This document shows, in pieces, positions 1 through 12,970 of a stretch of DNA of 64,000 nucleotides. The stretch comes from Squalus acanthias (Eukaryota). The stretch spans positions 121,956,001-122,020,000 of the forward strand of contig CM059432.1 of the NCBI GenBank assembly GCA_030390025.1, read 5' to 3'. How positions within the stretch are numbered: position 1 is the stretch's first letter; each line of letters starts with the position of its first letter. Position numbers and translations under genes: made by a program. A model generated the notes under the pieces. It was not told where the DNA came from, did no database searches, and worked only from the letters and a program-made list of their open reading frames with translations.

Positions 1-770
1 ACCTCCATTTTATCTTTAACTTTAGCTGGTCAGGTTTTGCAAGCCTCCTGAAACCTGCCAGCTAAAGGAAGGCGAGGACTGCTGGATCCAGGAGGTAAGT
101 GTCTTTACACTTACCTTCTGAATCCAAGGCCCCTTCCTAACCCACCCCCCGTGATTGGAGATCCCCTCACAAGGCCTCCGATCCCACCCACCCTGTCCTC
201 CAATTTCCACCCCCACCCAGGCCTCCCCGCCCGACCCCCCCCCCCCCCAGGCCTCTGATTTCCCCCCCTCCCCAAGGCCTCTGATCCCCCCACGAGGCCT
301 CCCCCCCCAGGCCTCCGATCCCCCCATGAGGCCTTCCCACCGCTCCTCCGGCCTTCCCCGTGCTGCTCCCGCCCCCCGGTCCTCACCCGACCACCACCAC
401 CTCCGTGCTGCTCCTCCAGCCACTCCGCAGCACGCGATCTTCTTGAGACCCCCCCCCCCCCCCATGCTCCTCCTGGCCCACAATCGCTAATAGAACCCCC
501 CGTGCTCCTCCGCCCACACCCCGTCCCCCATGCCATCCCTCCCTCCCTCCTCTGTGCTGCCTAGTGTCGCAGGCCTACCCGCCCGGAGCCAGCCAGCCTC
601 TCCATCTGGTTGGTTGCGGGTGGGAAACAGAGGCTTTCCATGCAAATCAGGCCCTGCCATTAAATTCGGCAGGGCCTGTGGGAAACCCATTCTCCTGGGT
701 TTCCCGACTGCTTCGGAGCCCCCCACCCCCCGCCCCACCCCAACCCGCCTTCCCCATTAAAATTCAGCCC
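1..770. mobile_element. Right part of a non-autonomous DNA transposon (MITE-like), C-rich interior
   Basis: Ends in AAAATTCAGCCC (759-770), resembling the AAAATCCAGCCC termini of MITEs at 20894-21542 and 29720-30564; left end lies outside the window. Confidence 0.45.
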
Positions 771-1468
771 TATTAATTTCTGTACGTACAAAGGTGTTGC
801 TGCTCTGACAACAAAAAATCCATGACCTGTTCATGCATCAGAGTAACTGTGAAATTGAACCCCAGAGGGATTGGTACTACGAAATATGCAGTATGTGGAA
901 ATGTACCACTAAAAATATTATCAGCAATTTAGCAATGAAATCGCTATGGAAACCAATGCATATGAAAATATTTCTGAGTGGTCATTGAGAGGAAAAGGTT
1001 GAACATAGATAAGAAAGAACTTGCATTGATATAGCCTCCTTCACAATCTCAGATACAGTAGAGGTTGACATTTTGCTCTCTACGTTTTTATTGGAGCAGT
1101 TTGGCTACGAAGATCGTATCAGTTGTGCCTCTTCCCTTTCTGAACCCACATTGACTGTCTGGTAGGATTTATTCAGCAATGTGTTGATAAAAGCGATTAA
1201 GCATCACTATTGCAAGGATCTTTCCAGCAACGATAAGTACAGAGATTCCCTGGTGATTATCACAGATAAAATGATTTCCCTTTCCCCTGTAGAGGTGGAC
1301 AATTGAAGTATCTTTGAACTCCTGGGGGATCTTTTCTGACTAGTTTGTTGAGGCATTTGACTAAGTGGTCGCTAGAAGATTTGTATAGCTCATCTGGGAT
1401 AGCATCAGAACCAGGGGTCTTCCCATTTGAGAGCAGTCGGATGGCAGTTGCAGTTTCTAAAATAGTAG

Positions 1469-1703
1469 TGTTGTGGCTGCCGCGAAACACGAATTAAGGC
1501 CGAGTCCATGTGTGGAACACAAAGCTTTTAATTACATCTGCCTGGTAAAATGGCTGCTAACAAACTGATCTGGAAACTCTGAGGCCACACCCACTCCTTT
1601 TCTCCTGCCTTAAAGGCAGCATGCGCCTTAAAGGCAAGGTGCCCGATTTATTGTCCACGGACGGAAAAGTGGATTGCGCCCGTTTAGGTGGTGATCCGCC
1701 ACA
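1469..1703 (-). repeat. Gypsy 3' LTR
   Basis: Direct repeat of 5574-5808, about 6 substitutions by eye; minus-strand purine tract GGGGGGAG next to it (1707-1714). Confidence 0.95.
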
Positions 1704-1723
1704 CAGCTCCCCCCAGAATCCTC

Positions 1724-4700
1724 TTAGGAGGTGTGGACGAGACGGTGCGGCGGTCTGATGGGTCGGCCGGAGCGGCTCTTGTAGGACGCCGGTGGACGTG
1801 GAACGGCCGGGCGTGGAGCAGCCGGGTGAACCGGCTTGAGGGCAGGTCGGCCGCGTGGCGGTGAACGAGCTACAGGGACCTGCTCACTGGGCTCCGAGTG
1901 TGCTGGCTTGAGTCGGTCAACCGACACTTTTTCGGTCCTGTCGCCCACTTACAGGGTGAAAAATTTGTCCCCAGCCTGTAGCACCTTGTAGGGCCCGTCG
2001 TACGGGGGTTGAAGGGGTCCGCAGTGGGCGTCGTGCCGGATGAAAACGAACCGTGCCTGGTGCAGGCTTAGTGGGACGTGTGAGATGGATTCGCCGTGTT
2101 GGGCAATGGGCACCGGGGCGAACTGTAGCGCCGGTGAGGCGAAGTCGTGGCGTTGCTGGTCGGCTGACAGGGTGTCGTGGCGGTGGGCAGGAACTCGCCG
2201 GGTACGCACAGCGGCTGACCGTACACGAGCTCTGCTGCCGATGCATGGAGGTCTTCTTTAACCGTGGTGCGCAGGTCGAGGAGGACCCACGGAAGTCGGT
2301 CGGTCCAGGCGCCATCCTGGAGGCTGGCTCGAAGAGATGCCTTCAAGGATCTGTGGAACCGCTCACACAGTCCGTTGGCTTGGGGGTGGTACGCTGTGGT
2401 GCGGTGAATGGTCACCCCGAGATTGCGTGCGATGGCGGTCCAGAGTTCAGAGGTAAATTGTGGACCTCTGTCCGACGTCATGTCGGGGGGGACGCCGAAC
2501 CATGCGACCCAGGTGCTGACAAAGGCTCTGGCGATGTCGGCGGTGGTGGTAGAGGTCAGTGGAATTGCCTCGGGCCAGCGTGTGTGCGGTCAACGATCGT
2601 CAGCAAGTGCGTGTGGCCTTGTGACGGCGGCAGGGGCCCGACGATGTCCACGTGGATGTGGTCGAATCTACGCGAAGGGACGGTAAAATCCTCGAGGGGT
2701 GCTTTCGTGTGTTGCTGCACCTTGGCCCGTTGGCAGGCTAGGCAGGAGTTGGCTCAAGTACGCACATCCTTGCGAAGGCCGCGCCAGACAAAGCGGTTGG
2801 CTACCAATTTGATGGATGCGCGGGCGCCGGGGTGGGAGAGGTTGTGGAGAATCTCGAATACCTGGCGGCGCCAGGACGCTGGGACGACGGGCCGAGGTTG
2901 ACATAGGGATATGTCGCACTTGACCGTGACTGAGGTCGGGCCACAGGCGACGTCGGCCAGGCGTAGCCCTGGTAGGTTGGTAGGTGCAGAGAGCAGATCA
3001 GGGTCGGTGATCTGGTCTGCTGTGAGTTGAGCGTAGTCGACTGCCAGGTGTACGGCGTGGATGGCGGGGCTGGAGAGGCAGTCGGCTACCACATTGTCTC
3101 GGCCGGAGACGTGTTGGATGTCCGTGGTGAACTCGGACACTGCCGCGAGCTGGCGCTGCTGCCTGGTGGACCAGGGGTCGGTTGTCTTTGCCATTGCGAA
3201 TGTCAGGGGCTTGTGGTCGACAAACGCAGTGAAGGGGTGGCCCTCCAGCAAAAACCGAAAATGGCGGACCGCCAGGAACAGCGCGAGGAGCTCGCGGCCG
3301 AAGGTGCTATACTTGGCCTCCGGGGGGCGTAGTCGGCGGCTGAAGAAGACAAGTGGTTGCCAGGCGCCGTTGACCCACTGCTCATACACGGCGCCGACCG
3401 CGTGGTCGGAGGTGTCCGTGGTGAGCGCTACCCTGGCATTGGGCCGTGGGTGTGCGAGCAGGGTGGCGTTGGCGAGCGCGGTCTTGGTGGAGTCGAAGGC
3501 GGCTGACGCGTCTGCCGTCCATTCGACCGCCATCTTGCCGCTCCTGCCCCGGAGGGCTTCATACAGGAGCCTCATGAGGGACGCCCCTTTGGGGATGAAG
3601 CGGTTGTAGAAATTCACCATCCCGAGGAACTCCTGGAGGCCTTTGATGGTGGTGGGGCGGGGAAATTGTTGGACAGCCTGCACCTTGGTGGGCAGGGGAA
3701 TGGCCCCAGCATGGGTGATGTGGTGGCCGAGGAAGTCGATCTTGTCCAGGCCGAACTGGCATTTGGCTGGGCTGAGGATGAGCCCGTGGTCGCTGAGGCG
3801 CCCGAACAGGATGCGAAGGTGTTCGAGGTGTTCCTGCTTGAAGGAACTGGCTACCAGGATGTCGTCCAGGTAGACGAACAGGAACTTCAGGTCCCGAAGG
3901 ACCGAGTCCACGAGCCGTTGGAATGTCTGGGCCGCGTTTTTGAGGCCGAAGGGCATCCGCAGGAACTCGAAAAGGCCGAAGGGGGTGATTACGGCCGTCT
4001 TGGGGATGTCCGCGGGGTGGACGGGGACTTGGTGGTAGCCGCGCACCAGGTCGACCTTGGAAAAGACTGAGCGGCTGGCCAGTCTAGCCGAGAAGTCCTG
4101 GATGTGCGGCACGGGGTACCGATCAGGGGTGGTGGCGTCGTTGAGGTGGCGGTAATCCCCGCAGGGGCGCCAACCTCCGCCTGGTTTGGGGGCGATGTGG
4201 AGTGGGGAGGCCCAGGGACTGTTGGAGCGGCGGATGATGCCGAGCTGTTCCATGGTGGCAAACTCAGTCCACGCGATCTCCAGTTTGGCCGGGTCCAGCC
4301 TGCGGGCGTGGGTTTACACTGGGGAGCCTGTGGTGGGGATGAAGTGTTCCACCCCGTGTTTGGCGGCCTCCGCGGAGAAGGTCGGATTGGTAAGGGCTGG
4401 GAATTCGGCCAGGACTGTCAAGTAGTCATCCGTGGCCCGGGCGTGGCACTGTGATGCCATGTCGGCGGGTTGACGGGGGGCCATGGCGCCCAGGATGGGG
4501 GACATGGTGTTCATGTCCACGAGGCGGTGTCGAGGGATGTCTACCAGTAGGCCGTGGGCGCACAGGAAATCTGCACCGATGAGAGGGGAGAGCACCTTGG
4601 CAGTGATGAACTCCCATCGGTAGCGGCGACCAGCGAGGTCGAGGTGTCTGTGTGGGTGCCGTACGTCCGCATGTCCGAGCCGTTAGCAGCAGCCAGCGCC

Positions 4701-5533
4701 GGTGCTCGTTTGCCCTTTTGGATGTCAAGGGAGGAGGCCGGGATGATGCTGTGCTGAGCTCCAGTGTCGCACAGGAACCAGCGGCCGGTTTTGTCATCTG
4801 TGACGTACAGCAGGGAGCCCGCGTTGCCCACGGCCATCACGGGGTCTGGTATGGGGGCGGACTTGAAAGAGTAGGGAGGTGTGCACCGTTGTGCCCTGGC
4901 GCCGAACCGTGCGTGGTAGTAACAGTGGCCCGGGTTAGTGGGGCGCGAAGGCCCCGTGAGCCCGGTGGCTGGGCCTTGTGGCCGCGTGGTGGCCGGTGAG
5001 GGAAGTGCCCAGGCAATGGCTGCCAGGTCCGGAGTGACGTCGCGGCTGGAGTGAGCGGACAGCAGCTTGTCGGCCTCATCGGCCAGGGCTTCCAGGTCTG
5101 TGAGGCCGGACGCCACGATCGCTGGGTGGATGCTGAGAGGTAGCTGGCGGATGAACAGCGTGCGGAGGAGGGATCCAGGTGGGCTCTCGTCGGTGAGGGA
5201 GAGCATGTGGGAGAGGAGGTCTGACGGTGAGGCATCACCGAGGCCTGGAAGGTCGAGGAGGTGGCAGTTTCGCTGGTATGCCGAGGCCGTAAATTTTTTA
5301 AGGAGCGCGGCCTTAAGACGTGCGTACTTGCCCTCCTCTGGTGGGTTCTGCAGCGCTGTCCAGACCTTCGTAACTGTGGAGCTACCGAGTGATGTGACGA
5401 GATAGTCGTACTTCGTCCCATCTGTGGTGATGTTTCGCAGCCGGAAACGCGACTCGGCTTGGAGGAACCAGGCTTCGGGCTGTTTTTCTCAAAACTCCGG
5501 CAGTTTCACGGAAACTGCGTTCATGTGCGCCAT
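1724..5533 (-). pseudogene. gag-pol: Gypsy gag-pol polyprotein pseudogene
   Basis: Gag start VKLPEF*EKQPEAWF (in-frame stop 5489-5491), CYYHARFG…C knuckle, protease FLCDTGA, RT 2754-4253 (YLDD), IN TSDRGPQF/NGLCERFHR and GPY; broken by stops and frameshifts. Confidence 0.9.
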
Positions 5534-5558
5534 TGCAGTGCTCGGAATACGTTCTGAG

Positions 5559-5572
5559 CGTCGGGGTCACCA
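5559..5572 (-). promoter_or_regulatory. Primer-binding site complementary to tRNA-Trp 3' end
   Basis: Minus strand TGGTGACCCCGACG, 1 nt after the LTR, matches the tRNA-Trp end …CGUCGGGGUCACCA. Confidence 0.85.
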
Positions 5573-5573
5573 A

Positions 5574-5808
5574 TGTTGTGGCTGTCGCGAAACACGAATT
5601 AAGGCCGAGTCCATGTGTGGAACACAAAGCTTTTAATTACATCTGCCTGGTAAAATGGCTGCTAACAAACTGATCTGGAAACTATGAGGCCACGCCCACT
5701 ACTTTTCTCCTGCCTTAAAGGCAGCATGCGCCTTAAAGGCAAGGTGCCCGATTTATTGTCCACGGACGGAAAAGTGGATTGCGCCCGTTTAGGTGGCAAT
5801 CCGCCACA
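5574..5808 (-). repeat. Gypsy 5' LTR
   Basis: Direct repeat of 1469-1703. Confidence 0.95.
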
Positions 5809-6835
5809 GTAGGTTCTTTTGCAAGGATATCATTGATGGTTCACTGAGGCAGCTGATTGATGGCCTCATCATTGATAGCTGATTTATTATTTAGAAGGTT
5901 TTGGAAATGGTCAGCCCATCTTTTCAGGATCTGATTCTTGTCTGTGAGAAGAGTGGTTTCATCAGTGCTCATAACAGGAGTGGTGCCACTAGACTGTGGG
6001 CCATATACTGTCTTCAGCATATTATAGAAGTTCTTCATGTCATTCTGGTCAGCATAAGACTGCAACTCATCTGCCTTTTTGCTCCACCAGGTGTCACACA
6101 TAATCCTTAGCTCGGTCTGGACTTGCTTCATCTTGGTTGATGAATTGTTCTTTCTCCACAATGAATGCAGCCAATCTTTCTCATCAAGTAACCTTTTAGT
6201 GTCATCATCATTTTCATCAAACCAGCCTTGCTGTTTACGGACAGTTTGGCCCAAGACTTCCAAAGCTGCATTGTGGACTGCATCTCTAAAGCAGTTCCAG
6301 TCAGCTTCAATGTCACCAGAAGCTGTACTTACAGTGATCAAATGGTTTTGAGTAGCTGTGCCGAATTCTTGTCTTGAGCAAACAGACTTGAGTTTGCTCA
6401 CATTTAACTTATTGGGTGTTCTTCTGCCCTGGGGCCTCCGAGGAGGTTTAATGTGAATGTTGAGTTTTGCGTGAATGAGATGCTGGTCTTTCCAACATTC
6501 AGCACCTTTCATTGCTTTGGTGATCTTGACATCATCGATATCCTTTTTCCTGACTCAGATGTAATCAATCAGATGTTGTCTTAGGAACGAGGATAGATCC
6601 AAGACGTCATGTTTTCATTTGGCAACTGGAAGATGGTGATGATAAGGCTGTGCTCAGCACATTTCCATAGGATCAGAAGGCTGCTGCTGTTGTAATTCTC
6701 AATGCCATGTTTGCCAATGATGCTCCGCCAGGTTTGATGGTCTGACCCTACAATAATGTTGAAGTCGCCCAGGATGATGAGTTTGTCATTCTTAGGTACC
6801 TGAGAGATAGCGCGGTCTAGATCTTCATAAAACTT

Positions 6836-7242
6836 CATGATGTGGAGATAGCCAAACTGATAGCCAAGTTCCGCACTCATGAGGAGGGCCTCAATCGCGA
6901 TATCGGGTTCATGTCACGATACAGAACGTGAATTGACATCATGGCCGGTCTTCCCAGGTGTTTTTTTAAAAAAAAGGCTAACACAAGAACCTACACAGAT
7001 TGACAGGATATGCAGCCAGCAGGTGGTTTGACACGTTGGACCCCCTGGGACACATCTCATTGTCTTGGCTATGCTCTTTGATGTGGGAAAGATTTGAATA
7101 TATTTTGTCTGTGTTTAAATTGTGAATTCTGGGAGATTCTCTCACTGCTAAACTTACCTGACGAAGGAGCGAACTGCTCCGAAAGCTTGTAAAATTAAAT
7201 AAATCTGTTGGACTATAACCTGGTGTTGTGCGACTTCTCATT
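6836..7242 (+). mobile_element. 5'-truncated Penelope-like element 3' end
   Basis: Encodes IAKFRTHEEGLNRDIGFMSRY (PLE GIY-YIG C-terminus), contains a hammerhead motif; 12-bp TSD TTCATAAAACTT (6824-6835/7243-7254). Confidence 0.8.
7154..7192 (+). ncRNA. Minimal type I hammerhead ribozyme motif
   Basis: TTAC-CTGACGA-A-GGAGC-GAACT-GCTCC-GAAA-GC-TT-GTAA: catalytic core, 5-bp stem II, palindromic AAGCTT stem III, TTAC/GTAA stem I. Confidence 0.75.
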
Positions 7243-9725
7243 TTCATAAAACTTGTGTTTGATTTTGTCTGGGTTGGTCATGGTTGGTGCGTAGGTGCTG
7301 ATGATGGTGGCAAAACATTTCCCTGCAAGTGGCAATCTTAGTGTCATCAGGCGGTCATTGATACCTTTGGTAAAGTTCTCAAGTTTGTCTGCAATACTGG
7401 ACTTGATAGCAAAGACAACACTGGCCTCACAATGTTTCTCTTTGGGTCGGTCACTCCAGAAGAAGGTAAAGTCAGCACCAGTTTCCTTAACTTGGCCAAC
7501 TTTGTCAAGGCAAATTTTGCTTTGTGTCTATTTTATATCTGTTCAGTTCTCTAGCAATCGGCGCAGTTCTGTGTTCAGGTCTATCGGTGGAATCATTGTT
7601 CATGAGTGATAGAACATCCCAGGCAGCAATGCTGAAGGGGAAAGATTTGGTTCTTGATTTTGGATGATTTTGACCACAAAAACAGGTTGCTCGACAGCTA
7701 CGGCATGCTGAGCAGGGACCAGAGAAGCGAGCAATCTTTAGGGCACCTTTTCCTCATGCCGTGGAGGTGAGTGCTGCTCTAGAAAGGGCTCCTCAGTCAC
7801 CCGGGGTCTGCCGCTTCATTCAGTGAAGAAGGACCCTGTGCCCTGAGCCGCCTGAGTGCCGGTCTGTAACTAAAGCTTCCAGTGTAACCTCGCCTGCTGC
7901 TTCGCTGCTCGCCCATCACCACAGGGCTTGTAGAAATAGAACAGAAATATCAGATGGATGGCACTTGTGCGTGAAATTGATTAAAGCGAGGGAAATTTGC
8001 GCAGAGTTTGCCTCAATCTCTCTGCCCCCCACCTCTGAATTCAGTGGCAAGACAAAGTCAAGATGTCTGAAGATGGGTGGGAGGGGTGTGGGCTGCAGTG
8101 GATGGCAAGCAGTTTCTGATGCGCCCAGAGTGAAGCCCTGAGCTTTCCACATGGCCTTGTTACCATGCCTTCTTAGCCAGAGAAGTTAGCATATCTGCCC
8201 AGTCCACTTAATTTGCCACAGCAATCCTCGTGCACTGAGGAGATGGGTGCCACTTTTTCACCTGGGACACAAATACTCGCATTACCCTCACCTACTTCAG
8301 CCTGTAAGCCGACGCAGTAACCTGGGGCGTGGCCGTCGCCATGGGTAAGCGAGTACTTGGCGCCACAGGTGAGAGTTGTGCAAGCAGAGTGGACCAAAGA
8401 TTGGGGGCCCATAAGAAGGATGTGGCATGTTCCCCAGTCAGAGAGCTACCCCTTCTGCTCAATGCCCGATTAAAGTGATTAATTCTTTAATTTACTGGTC
8501 GGAATGAAAAACAGAAAAAAATATATATCTCAGAACATTTCTTCATTTGCTGAGTAGACTGTAAACATAGCTATAAAGGCACAGTAGCTGGCGAATGTTA
8601 TGAACTGTCGATTTAAATTTAATATAATACCTGGCATGATATATACTTCTGGGTACCATAACTACATTATGAGGTATCAGATTATAAAATGAAGTTTACT
8701 CGCAATAAAAAAATCATTTTCAGTCCTGCCTTTGTGTCTGGCAGGGACGAGTGTGCCTGCTCAACAGTATTACTCCATTTCAAAGATTCTTGTAAAGTTT
8801 TTTTTAATTACAGCATCTCTCTGTGGACCCGAAACACCATCCTAAGGCAAAATAGAAACTGCAGCTGATTTCAGGGCTTCGGTGAGGGAAAAATACTCTA
8901 ATAGGCTTGCAGAGCTTTACATTCATGTTTGCTAATCTTAATGGAAAAGTAGGCAGAAATAAAGATCGGTGAAACGTTGGGAGAAGGCACCAGAGGATAA
9001 TTTGTGATCATAGAGCTATGCTCCGAGCATTCCGTGCATCAAAAAAGCTTTAAAAAACTAGCAAAAAAAAAATAAGCGAAGGCCTTGTTGCAGGTCACAT
9101 TAATCATGCAGTCACATTGAAAAGGCAATATTTTACTCCTGCTCAGACCTGGAGTTCATAGAATCAGAGAATGGTTACAGCACAGAAGGAGGCCATTCGG
9201 CCCGTCGAGTCCGTGCCGGCTCTCTGCAAGAGCACTTCAGCTAGTCCCACTCCCCCGCCCTTTCCCCGTAGCCCTGCCAATCTTTTTTCCTTCAGTTACT
9301 TATCCAACTCCCTTTTCAAAGCCATGAATGAGTTTGCCTCCACCACCCTTTCAGGCAGTGCATTCCAGATCCCAACCACTTGCTGTGTAAAAAGGTTTTT
9401 CCTTATGTTGCCTTTGGTTCTTTTGCCAATCACCTTAAATATGTGTCCTTTGGTTCTCGACCCTCCCGCCAATGGGAACAGTTTCTCTCTATCTACTCTG
9501 CTTAGACCCCTCATGAGGACATTGGTTCCTGCTCTGTTGAGGTGCAACCCGTCCGGCCAGGACAGGTCCCACCTCCCCCAGAACTGATCCCAATGTCCCA
9601 GGAATCTAAAGCCCTCCCTCCTGCACCATCTCTCCAGCCACGCATTCATCTGCTCTATCCTGCTATTTCTATACTCACTAGCTCGTGGCACAGGGAGTAA
9701 TCCAGAGATTACTACCTTTGAGGTC

Positions 9726-12571
9726 TGTAAGGTTTCCAAAATTTGCAGATCCCCAAAAACCTAAGGCAAAAGGACTTTGGAACTACCTCAGAGTGATAAA
9801 AATGCGTTTGGGCCTAACCTAAGGAATTTAAGACCAAAAACCAAGTTTTGGCATTTTAAAACTATGTCTGGGCCTGTAAAGGGACAAGGAGGTGGGTTCG
9901 ACCTCCGTAAAAGCAGTTTGGTTATTGCAGTTAATTGCACTGTCTGGGGAACCGGGATGACCCCACTCAAGCCCAGCAGACATTAACATTTGAACAATAG
10001 ACCCTGGGAAAGAGCAGTCCCACCCTAAATACAGGCCCCATCAAACCGATTACAGGGCCCATCAGAAAACTTGCATAATACAAATCACTCAGGATCATTC
10101 TATAGAAAAGACCGAGTCCAGCCTAGAAACCCAAAACACGAAACCAATCACCAGTGATCAGCCAAGGAGATCGACAGGATGCAAACCATTCCAAAGGAGG
10201 ACACAAATAACCTCCCAGAGATGTTGGAGAACATACAGTCTGATGAAAGGGAGGAACTGAAAGAAATCAGTATTTGCAGGGAAATGGTGTTAGGGAAATT
10301 GACGGGATTGAAGGCCGATAAATCCCCAGGGCCTGATAATCTACATCCTAGGGTACTTAAGGAAGTGGCCCTAGAAATAGTAGATGCATTGCTGATCATC
10401 TTCCAACATTCGATGGAATCTGGAACTGTACCCATGGATTGGAGGGTAGCTAATGTTACCCCACTATTCAAAAAGGGTGGTAGAGAGAAAGCGGGGAATT
10501 ACAGACCAGTAAGCCTGACATCGGTAGTGGGGAAAATGCTAGAGTCCATTATAAAGGATGTAATAGCTGAGCACTTGAAAAACAGTGATAGGATTGGACA
10601 AAGTCAATATGGATTTACAAAAGGTAAATCGTGCTTGACTAATCTACTGGAATTTTTTGAGGATGTAACTGGGAAAATAGATAAGGGAGAACCAGTAGAT
10701 GTGGTGTATTTGGACTTTCAAAAGGCTTTCGATAAGGTCCCGCATAAGAGATTAGCGTGTAAAGTTAAGGCACATGGGATTGGGGGCAAGATATTTACTT
10801 GGATAGAGAACTGGTTGGCGGACAGAAAGCAGAGAGTAGGAATTAATGGGTCTTTTTCCGAGTGGCAAGCAGTGACTAGTGGGATACCGCAGGGATCGGT
10901 CCTTGGACCCCAGCTATTCACAATATACATTAATGATCTAGATAAGGGAACTAAATGTAATATCTCCAAGTTTGCAGATGACACAAAGCTGAGTGGGAGT
11001 GTGTGCTGCGAGGAGGATACCGAGAAACTCCAGGATGATTTGGACAGGTTGGGTGAGTGGGCAGAAGCGTGGCAGATACAATATAACGTGAATAAATGCG
11101 AGGTTATCCACTTTGGTGTCAAAAACAGAAAGGCAGACTATTATCTGAATGGCAATAGATTGGGAGAAGGGGAAATGCAAGGAGACCTGGGTGTCCTTGT
11201 GCACCAGTCGCTGAAAGTAAGCATGCAGGTGCAGCAGGCGGTGAAGAAGGCAAATGGTATGTTGGCCTTCATAGCGAAAGGGTTTGAGTATAGGAACAGG
11301 GATGTCCTGCTGCAGTTGTACAGGGCCTTGGTGAGACCACACCTTGAGTACTGTGTGCAGTTTTGGTCGCCTTATCTGAGGAAGGATGTTCTTGCCATGG
11401 AAGGAGTTCAGCGAAGATTCACAAGGGTGATACCTGGGATGGCAGGAATGACATATGAGGAGAAATTGGGTCGATTGGGCTTATACTCGCTGGAGTATAG
11501 AAGAATGAGAGAGGATCTCATCGAAACATATAAAATTCTGACAGGTCTGGACAAACTAGATGCAGGAAGAATGTTCCCGATGGTCAGAGAGTCCAGAACC
11601 AGGGGTCATAATCTAAGGATAAGGGGTAAGCCATTTAGGACAGAAATGAGGAACAATTTCTTCACCCAGAGAGTGGTGAACCTGTGGAATTCTCTACCAC
11701 AGAAGGTAGTTGAGGCCAAGTCATTAAATATATTCAAGAATGAGTTAGATATATTTCTTAAAGCTAAAGGTATCAAGGGATATGGGGAGAAGGCAGGTAC
11801 AGGGTACTGAGTTTGGATGATCAGCCATGATCTCATCGAATGGCGGAGCAGGCTCGAGGGGCCGAATGGCCTACTACTGTTCCTATCTTCTATGTTTCTA
11901 TGAAACCAACAACCGCACATTACCCCCAACTGACCGGGTAATAGCAGGCCACCGCGACCAACAAAGACCAACTCAAGGAAAGAAAACCCGAAGAACCGCA
12001 AAGTTGCCACACAACAAACTACTCCTGACTTACCCCTGGGTAAGATTTCTACCAAAAGACTCTAAACCCTACTCCTAACCAAAGGAAATTGGGTACTCAC
12101 CTGATAGATCCAAAACGCACCCTACCGCATCAGCGGACTCGCGAAGACTGACCAGAGACGCAGGTGAAGTCCTCTACCGCGTACGGGGTACGGCAGACAC
12201 TAACTGCCATAAACAGCGAACCCCAAAACCGCGATTTAGCCCAACTGTCAAAGGATTGGTGAGCATTATCCCTGGTCCTACAAAACCTAACTTAGCTAGT
12301 AAAGTGGGGTTGGGAGGGGTGAAGTATTGTTCTACTGTCATTTCCCTCGCTTGTACCGAAGTGTTCCCCACCTTTAGAGTGTTAAGAGTGTTGTCATTTG
12401 TGTTTTACCCTTTGAATAAAGATTGAAGTTCTTTTCATCAAACTCAGTTGTCTGCTGCACCTTTTGTCACAACCCCCAAATAAGTCCAAGGTCTAGAACC
12501 AAGGAGATTGGGAGCGATTCGAACTGCTCAGAAGTCAGAGGTAAAGCTGACACAAACCACCACCCTCTACA
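9726..12571 (+). mobile_element. Solo LTR (about 1.1 kb net) related to the provirus LTR, with a CR1 inside
   Basis: TGTAAG…CTACA ends, imperfect TSD GGTC/GGAA, AATAAA at 12415, 3' part aligns by eye with provirus U5. Confidence 0.7.
10189..11902 (+). mobile_element. 5'-truncated young CR1 LINE with open RT frame
   Basis: ORF 10179-11810 with KSPGPD, YLDFQKAFDKV, PQGSVLGP, FADD; (TTCTATG)-type tail; AAACCA TSD (10183-10188/11903-11908). Confidence 0.92.
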
Positions 12572-12970
12572 GGAACTGCTTTTTAATTTATTTCCTAGCT
12601 CCCTAAAATCTGCCTGCAGGACCTCATCCCTTTTACTACCTACGTCGTTGGTACCGATATGGACCACGATCTCTGGCTGTTCATCCTCTCCCCTCAGAAT
12701 GTTTGGGGTGGGATTACACCGGAATACCGTCTCTAATGCTAGCTGTAAGTGATTACCTGACTAGATGTTAATTGTTGTGGATGGCTGTTGACTGACTAGT
12801 GTAAATAGTGTGTTTCTAAAAGGTACATATTTAAGAGATATTTGCTAAACACAGAGCTGTGTGTCCACAGAGCTGGGAGTATCTGCTAAACAGAGTGGCT
12901 TGCTATACAGTGTGGAAATGGAAATTTGGTGAGAGTGGGAATACGGTGCAGAGGGAGAAGGAAATTACAA

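Larger units (their letters stand above)
1469..5808 (-). mobile_element. Full-length but mutated Ty3/Gypsy LTR retrotransposon
   Basis: 235-bp LTRs (1469-1703, 5574-5808) with TG…CA ends, GTAG TSD (1465-1468/5809-5812), tRNA-Trp PBS, PPT, gag-PR-RT(YLDD)-RH-IN order. Confidence 0.95.
1090..7700 (-). mobile_element. Decayed RTE-clade LINE (APE endonuclease + RT), split by Gypsy and Penelope insertions
   Basis: Minus-strand fragments LIILGDFN...IGKHGI (endonuclease), WFDEND, WADHFQNLLN, NGKTPGSDAIPDELYK; reading continues across the Gypsy insertion (…LAKEPT|TILETATAI…). Confidence 0.8.
9158..12700 (-). mobile_element. Internally deleted CR1 LINE (ORF1 esterase joined to RT C-terminus/3' tail), interrupted by a solo LTR
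   Basis: VHIGTNDVG…DGLHLN (SGNH/GDSL esterase) at 12572-12700 and 9525-9725; LFPLAGGSRTKGH…WNALPERVV plus CR1 tail at 9158-9525. Confidence 0.8.

Noticed and set aside
22..776. Gly/Pro-rich ORFs (also 13157-13608 and 16393-17016)
   Set aside because: GC-skewed MITE interiors with no domain signature
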